From Sphaeroforma arctica JP610 (taxonomy: Eukaryota): 46,084 nt of DNA. Made by a program: the position numbers and the translations under genes. Below are positions 38,901-46,084 of the stretch, one piece after another. Position 1 is the stretch's first letter; every line of letters starts with the position of its first letter. The notes beneath the pieces were generated by a model. The model did not search any database, was not told the DNA's origin, and worked only from the letters and a program-made list of their open reading frames with translations. The stretch spans positions 1-46,084 of the forward strand of contig NW_014040141.1 of the NCBI RefSeq assembly GCF_001186125.1, read 5' to 3'.

Positions 38901-39756
38901 TCTTTTTCAGAACAAAGGGCGAATATGCCGTAATAGTCCGGCGAGTCCTTCAGAAACTCAACGAACAAAACTTCAAGATTAATGAGAAGAAAGGTCACTT
39001 CGCCATGAGCGAAATATATCTGGGGAATGTATTAAATTCAACCCCGGTAAGGTGGAACACCTGCTATATTGGCGAACACCAACTACAGGAAGAGATGTGA
39101 ACAGCATGTGTGGGTTTGTAAACTTCTTTTCAGATGGAGTACAACACTTGGCTGATTACCTTAAACCTTTTGGACACTTAAGATGTCATAAAGGCAAACT
39201 GGGAGACTTGTGGACTAAAGAGTGTGATGACGCATTTAAATCACTCAAACACGCAGTCCAACAAGCCCTTGTTGTATAAGGACCAGTCGATGGCGTGCCG
39301 TTTGAAATAGCAACGGACGCCTCCGACTTAGCCCTAGGAGGAGTATTATAACAGGTTATAGATAACAAACCGAGATATATACAATTCTTTAGTCGAACAA
39401 TGAATGCTTCACAGTTGAATTATCCAACTGTTAAACAAGAGCTATTAGCCATAGTGGCAGCTCTAACACACTTCCGAGAATACTTATACGTAACAGCATT
39501 TACGCTGATATGTGATCAGAAATCTCTTCAATATATGAAAGGAATCAAACCCGACTCACAATTAATGAGTCGCTGGCATGATACAAAATTAAAGTTTCAT
39601 TTTGATATGAAACATCTGACAGGAATACATAATCATTTACCGGATACGTTATCACGCTTCGTACCGGACTTTAATAAATCCGTACGTGAGTTACTAGCCA
39701 ATGACTGGAAATGTAACCCCAGGTGGTTTGAACTGGATCAAAAGGTATTTGGGCCA
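35175..39756 (+). mobile_element. Ty3/gypsy family A copy 2 (LTR, gag, PR, RT, RH, start of MTase; 3' truncated)
   Basis: Broken gag at 36062-37876 with terminal Cys/His knuckles, then PR LIDPNS, RT (IDD after the gap) and RNase H. Collinear with copy 1. Confidence 0.93.
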
Positions 39757-40299
39757 AGTTCGGGTACCTTGATATAGGAAAGTATCTACTTCCCTATCTA
39801 AACATATTGGCTCGCATTGTATCATGCTTATTAATTTATTGAGTCATGGTTCTTTACTCTATAATAGGCAACACAACGTGATGGTAACTTTATGTATTGA
39901 ACATAATTTAATAGCTGAGCAATTAACTGCCATGGTGGATTAGCCCACGCATTATGTTTGGAGAGGTCTACTTGAAAGGCGTCTCTAATAGGATGTATTT
40001 TATAAATCTTCTAGGCTATCTATCTAGTTGTGCAGTATGTTGTAGTAATTCGCTAGTTGTGCATTATGATGTGCAGCAAATATATCTATGGTATGTGGCC
40101 CATATATCTTTTGAGCCAGTTCAAACCACCTGGGATTACATTTCCAGTCAGTGGCTAGTTGCTCACGTACGGATCTATTAAAGTCCGGTACGAAGCGTGA
40201 TAACATATCCGGTAAATGGTTATGTATCCCTGGTAGATGTTTAATATCAAAATGAAACTTTTATATTGTATCATGCCAACGACTCAGTAATTGAGAGTC
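39757..40299 (-). mobile_element. Inverted family A fragment (RNase H end and adenine MTase domain)
   Basis: Matches 2686-3190 in the same orientation. Encodes IDIFAAHHN...DAF...WANPPW (NPPW at 39930-39941). Confidence 0.9.
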
Positions 40300-40959
40300 T
40301 ACGTTTTTATGTCTACCTACAAATTAGACAAGTGATCATGGACACTTAGTACTTCTTGTGAAATATATTCAATACAGAACAGCTAGAGGTACGTCCTGTG
40401 TGATCGAGGGTATTAAGGCTCTTACCAAGAGGCAGTACTGAGCATTCCAAGCTACCACTGCTAAATCCTAACTGAATTAAATTGTATCTTGGTTTTTATA
40501 ACATAGTTTAAGACTTAGGAATATCCAGCGAAGTTTACACATGTGCATATAAATATATTCGATCGTGCACAATAATAAATGTATATTTAATATATAAAAA
40601 TTGTACAATACTAATAGGTATTCAGTAAAGTATGTACACATAAATCTAACTAATTTTACGTCGAAGAATAATCATGTATACAGCTATTTTTTATTCATTA
40701 ACAAATCTCATGCATGTAAAAGCACATGTACTTATATGTACAAATATTATTAGTATTCGGTAAAATTATGTACACATAAATTTAATTATTTATACATTGA
40801 AGAATAAACATGTATACAACTATGTATTTATTAACTAGGCTAGTACACATGCACATTGCACAATAGCCTGTACAAAAAATAAATTATACGAAGTATACGT
40901 TTGGTTATTACTTGATACATCGTGGATGTATGAAATCATTACGTGTCACATGAATCACC

Positions 40960-41352
40960 TCAGACTCTATGATCTATAAATGCAGGTGTTTCATTACCTG
41001 TTCGAGGTGAAAAATATACTACGCACATACATGCGTCGCAGTTGTTCATAAGCACTTGCGCATCGTGCGCGTCTGGGTGCACATCGCCAAATTCGTCGTT
41101 TTCGTCCGCAGTTTTCCTGCCGATATTGTAGCCTCCTTCACGAGTCCAGTGGAATGAATGGCACTGCTCTTCGGTTCGAGTATGAGTGTCAGACACGGCT
41201 AGCACCTGTATGAAAACGAGATCGTTGACCTCGCATGCGAGGATCCATCTTGATAATACTTGTTCTAGTAAAAAACGATTTATGCGTTGCCAATTGAAGA
41301 GTGCCTTCTCTGTAGGATCAGAATGAGTATCTATCAGATCAATCGTTACCAT
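40960..41352 (-). CDS. Hypothetical 130-aa protein, possibly a transposon accessory ORF
   Basis: Clean ATG-to-stop ORF of higher GC content within AT-rich flanks. No family recognised. Confidence 0.4.
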   Translation of the reverse strand: MVTIDLIDTHSDPTEKALFNWQRINRFLLEQVLSRWILACEVNDLVFIQVLAVSDTHTRTEEQCHSFHWTREGGYNIGRKTADENDEFGDVHPDAHDAQVLMNNCDACMCVVYFSPRTGNETPAFIDHRV

Positions 41353-43499
41353 TATTATTTAGAAGCGAGGGTTAATTAGGCTAACAGTCTATAAGTATAT
41401 GTGTAGGTGACTCTAGGTGTGTATAAATTTGATTTGTGTGAAATATTGTGTCGTTGTGTGATACTAGATAGTAACTGACTAACTGCCAACTGGCGACTTC
41501 CAAAGTTCCAACAACTGCCAACATTTCCAACTGTCAACAATAATCACTTGTAAATTCTTATTGGCTATTGCGCGTTTCGTGGCCCAAATTTCACAACGAT
41601 AAAACAACTTATCGAGTGCAGATTTTCAAATTTTGACAATTGATTTGGCCCTAATAAAAGTTTTAACTTATATTTTTCAAAAAGTTTAAGTTAAATTTCA
41701 GACTTTTAGCTCGTATCCTTGTAACTTATTGAGGTTAGTCTGAGGCTCTTAAGTTTTGAATATTATAAAAAAAATTGTTTCATAGCCTTCTTTTATTTTA
41801 TTTTATTGAATATTATACCTATATTTTAAATTCAAAAAGAAGAAAAGAAGGCTATGAAAATATGAACGTTTTGGTTTGCACAATTGCACTGTAGCGCAAC
41901 ATTGTTGAATTTGGGTTTGTCCCGTTCTGGTTTAAATTTAAGGTCCAAGGGATTTTGTTCTGATCTGTGATATTGATATGATTAACCGCAATTGTATTTT
42001 TAGAACATAAATTCGAAACAAATTCACTCGTTCATACTAGGGTTCATGCGTTAATAATTTAATAGTGACGAGTGTCGTATAGACAAAGTCCTTTGAGTCT
42101 TTTTGTTTGTCCTGTTCCTAAAAGGACAGCCAGGCCTGTACAGAATAAATGATCTACGTTTAGGGTTTAGGGTTTACGATTTGCCAAAACTGTGAAAAAT
42201 ATTTTTTGGGCCGATTTTTGGATTTGGAGAATAAGGACCGAACTTTGGGAAATTCGAGGGATCTTATAAGCGCAAAAAAAAAAGACACAAAAATATTTTT
42301 GCTTTTAAAAAAAATTCTCTCTCGCGGAGCGGTAAATGGCTGTTTTTATTTAAAAGGCTGGGCTAAGGTTATTAGTCAAAGGACGCTACGCCCGCGCGCC
42401 GCGCGGCCGCGAGTCCGCGACTAATTACTGAATATTCACTATGTATTTATTTCTTTTTGTTGTTTCTCCTATTTCTTGCAAAAATGAAAAAAAAAAAGCA
42501 CAGCGGCACAGGCAGGCCTGTACAGAATAAACATTCTCCGGCGCCAGGTTTTTACATTTTTGTCTGAAAAACAAAAATAGTATATATTTTGATAAAAAAT
42601 TCACTAGGGGGCTTTTTCGTAGCCTACTATAGAAGGCTATGGTTTTCTGAAACCAGTAGTATAATATTTTAGTGAAATATTGTTTTGAAACAAAAATGGG
42701 TCTTGAATGTTCAAACTAGATCGAAAATTTCTACCATCTATGCTAATAAAAATTTGAAAATTATTTCGGGGACCACATATTTTATATATAATTGCTAAAC
42801 TGCTAAAGTCATCTGACGATCGTGTGAGATATTATTGACGATCCCTCCAAAATTTATTTAAAAACAATTGGGGGCAGAAGTTTCGGAATAGATTCCTCTA
42901 CTAAATATTTACTCTTTTATAATATTTACATAAAAAAATCTGAATTTATAAAATTTGTTTTAGACATTTTTTGTGTTTTAGGGTTTTATTTAAACAAGAG
43001 AATGGTTTTTTTTAGGGGGCTAAATCATATTTAGCCTTCTAAAAAAATATGGCTATGTAAGTATGCCTGGCTAAATATGTAATTTTTGTTGTATGGTTTT
43101 TCATGAATGTGTTCTGTGAATTTCTTTCATAGGCCATACCGCCACAGCTCCTTCTAAAAGAATCAGAGTCTGGTTCTGTTGACTCGTTTTTAGTCTATAA
43201 AATTTTGTCCACGATATACAATATTTAAAATTAACCAGCGGACCCCATTATGGAATAAATTTATGCACACTGTCTAACGTTTAATAGAACGTAAAACGTC
43301 TGAGGTCAGGTCACTTACCAACTCCCTGTGGAGTGAGCCTGGGACTCTGGGCCCTTGCCCTCTGGAGGTTATGGAATCTGGGCCTGGGCCCTGGAGCCCT
43401 GGTCCATCTGCTGGGGTATGTTTCCTTATTATAAATTAAAAAAAGCGGGTAGGCCGAGTACACTGTCGACGACTCGAGGTCGAGATCTGGAGGAGTGGA

Positions 43500-46084
43500 G
43501 GAGTCTAAAAATATAAACATCTTCGTGTTTTTCCATTTCCCTCTGGCGTGTACGAATTTAAACAACTTGTTCCCCCTGTTCTTATTGAAGTGATGCTTCA
43601 TAGCCAACTCCAAAGTATCTTCTACCACGCCCTTACTCTCACCTCGCTTCGCCGCATCGACTATCGTATCAACATGTATAACAAAATCTGAATTCATGGC
43701 ATATAACCAAGTCCTCCCCATCTTTGTTGATCGCACTACTGCCACCCATCAAGTTCTGTAGTACTAGCTGCCCCTTCACCAGTATAATTGTAGAGCCAGA
43801 TCAAACAAGCTTCCCTCCTACTCATTCTAATACTGGCCTCATGCTTCGGATCCTCTAAACCTCACCTTAAGCTGATCCACATGTATTGACTTAACCTTCC
43901 CATTATTTCTGACCTTGTACATCCCTTGTAAGTGGTTTAAGGAGTTTAGTCTCTGCCCTATCATTGCCCTGATGCCTATTTACTGATACGCAATGGCATT
44001 CTGTATCTCTCTCTGCCCAGAAACTTTTCATATCTGCTGAAGCCAATGGACCACCCTCATCCATCACTACCTTCTTAGATGTACCCCAAGGCAACAATTT
44101 TTATTGAACAAACTCTAATACCCCTATAGTGTTCTTCTCTTCCAACGTGTATGTCCGACACCGCACCATCCTCGAAAAATTAAAACCCCTAAAACCCTAA
44201 TTACTATCAATCTTTCCTGAACCACTACAGCGACTATGAGAGCCATACCATATGTTCATACATTGTATCATACATACTTGCCATTTTTGAAATAAAGACT
44301 TGGCAAGGTCAAATGATCCATGCCTATACACACTGCAACCCTTTTCGGCCTCGCAGGCTGCATTAACAACCCTGTAGTCCCACGAAGCCCCTCAAGTTGT
44401 TGACACGCAACACAACCTTTTAAAACCTTCACAACCTGCGAACGCAACACTTCCGCTCCATATTCACTTCCTCTTTATATTTATCCTTCAGAAACTCCCA
44501 TATCCTATCTACCCCAGCATCCGCTAAAGTCTGATGCACCAGCGAAATAACATATAACGTACTCTTGGAAAGGATGAACAAGTTCGGACCATATACTTAG
44601 ACCAATACACTTAAGCTGTTTGCTAGCTATTACATCCGGATCCCACATCTTAGTAATACCTCTCTCCATCACTACAGTAACCTGCAGATGCAATAAACCC
44701 ACACAAACCTTGAAGTCGGCACTGACTTTGTCATCAAGACTCTCCTCTAACACTCGCAGCTTCTCTTTAACCACCGCCAGCCGGACCTTCTGTCTTCCAC
44801 ACCCTTGCAGACTTTATCAATTGACAAATCCACACCTTCATCAATCTCTGGCAGACCCATTTTTGCACATGCACCGAACTTAAGACCCTCTACCGACTCA
44901 AGCACCATAATAGGACTAAACCACCACGGCATACGACTAAGTTTATCCGCAACTTTGTTCTTTGTCCCTTCCAGGTACCGTAGATCTATATCAAACGATC
45001 GTACATACATATCATTCCTGTATCGTCTCTTACCCACTGGATCCGACGTGAACTCTACCTGCTGAACCACGCCAGTTAAAGGATGATGATCCATCTCTAC
45101 TATAAGCACCTCGTACGATCTCCTAATCAAACCCGCAAACTTCAAAAACCCATATGCTAGCGCTATAAACTCTCTATCTGTCGGAGACAAATTAGCATGG
45201 AAATCTATCTTGGAACTCACAAAGCCCACAGGAAGCCATTCTCCATCTCTTCTCACACATAAGCAAGCACCTATACCCGAATCCGACGCATCTGTCTGCA
45301 ACCTAAGTTGCTCCTCTTGTCTAGGTTCTACCAAGATTGTCTTCGCCTGCAAAATCTGGTTCTCCTGCTCAGGACCCCACTGGAACCGTAACCTCTTCTT
45401 AGTCAAATCACTAATCGGAGCCAACACATTTGAGAAATTCGAAACGTATTTCGCCCACCATCCAAAACACTGATACCACGACCTGACTTCGGTCTCAGTT
45501 TTGAGCTTGGGCATATCTAATAACGCCTGAAGCTTTACTTCACTTATCATCGAACCCTTATATGTAGCCTCTCGACCCATCACGACTATAGAATCTTCTC
45601 GATACGCAAAATTTCATTTTGACAGCCGCAACTGTATCCTTTTCGCCTCAAAATGCCTGATCATCTCCACAATACCATCCCAATTCTCAACCGGATCATC
45701 CAAACCTAACGCGGTATCATCAATGTACGTCTTAATTCCTTTACTTTCCTCCAATGTCTCATCCATTAGTTGTTGGATCACGAATGATGCTTCCTTCAAA
45801 CCAGACGGCATCCCAATAAATTGGGATCTCTCTCCCCAGGGCGTCAAAAATGCAGTAACCCCTCGACTACCAGGCTCTATCATTAACTGTCCAAACCCAT
45901 TTCCAGCGCCCACATTGGTTCTCCACTTGCGCCCCTTAACTGTTGCCAGAAACTCATCTTCTCTTGGTATCGGAAATGTACCCGAATCTAGCTGATAATT
46001 TGTACGCATGTAATTTATACACATCCTCCAATCAGGTAAACATGCACAGCGCTTACGCGAGCATGTTTCCCCGGGCATTACTGA
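43500..46084 (-). mobile_element. Degenerate Ty3/gypsy pol remnant (RT-RH-IN), similar in motif style to family B; runs off the window
   Basis: WRMCINY, GMPSGL, TYIDD, LQTDAS, TDREFIAL, MDHHPL, NKVADKLSR, CVAC, GMDHL, MDEGG, GNDRAE. Confidence 0.92.

Overview
Eukaryotic, transposon-rich scaffold segment with GT-AG introns, CA/TA microsatellites and three assembly gaps (5026-5045, 8156-8805, 38865-38884). Its style suggests a unicellular opisthokont such as an ichthyosporean, but that is only an inference. From left to right: a non-LTR (LINE) retrotransposon split by a Ty3/gypsy LTR element (699-5691, minus, ACGT target-site duplication); a remnant of a second gypsy family; a five-exon host gene fusing FASTK/RAP-type helical repeats to a family-16 (METTL21-like) methyltransferase; a head-to-head OsmC-like gene; a minisatellite-rich block with fragments of a poorly resolved gene; a decayed hAT transposon interrupted by a second copy of the first gypsy family plus an inverted fragment of it; and another gypsy pol remnant at the right edge. 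The main finding is that gypsy family A encodes a Dam/DIRS-type N6-adenine DNA methyltransferase domain (IDxFA...DAF...ANPPW) inside Pol, between RNase H and a DDE integrase. Also notable are short telomere-like T3-4AGGG patches sitting at lesions in retroelement coding motifs, and a gag-pol junction with an in-frame UGA-CGR readthrough context.
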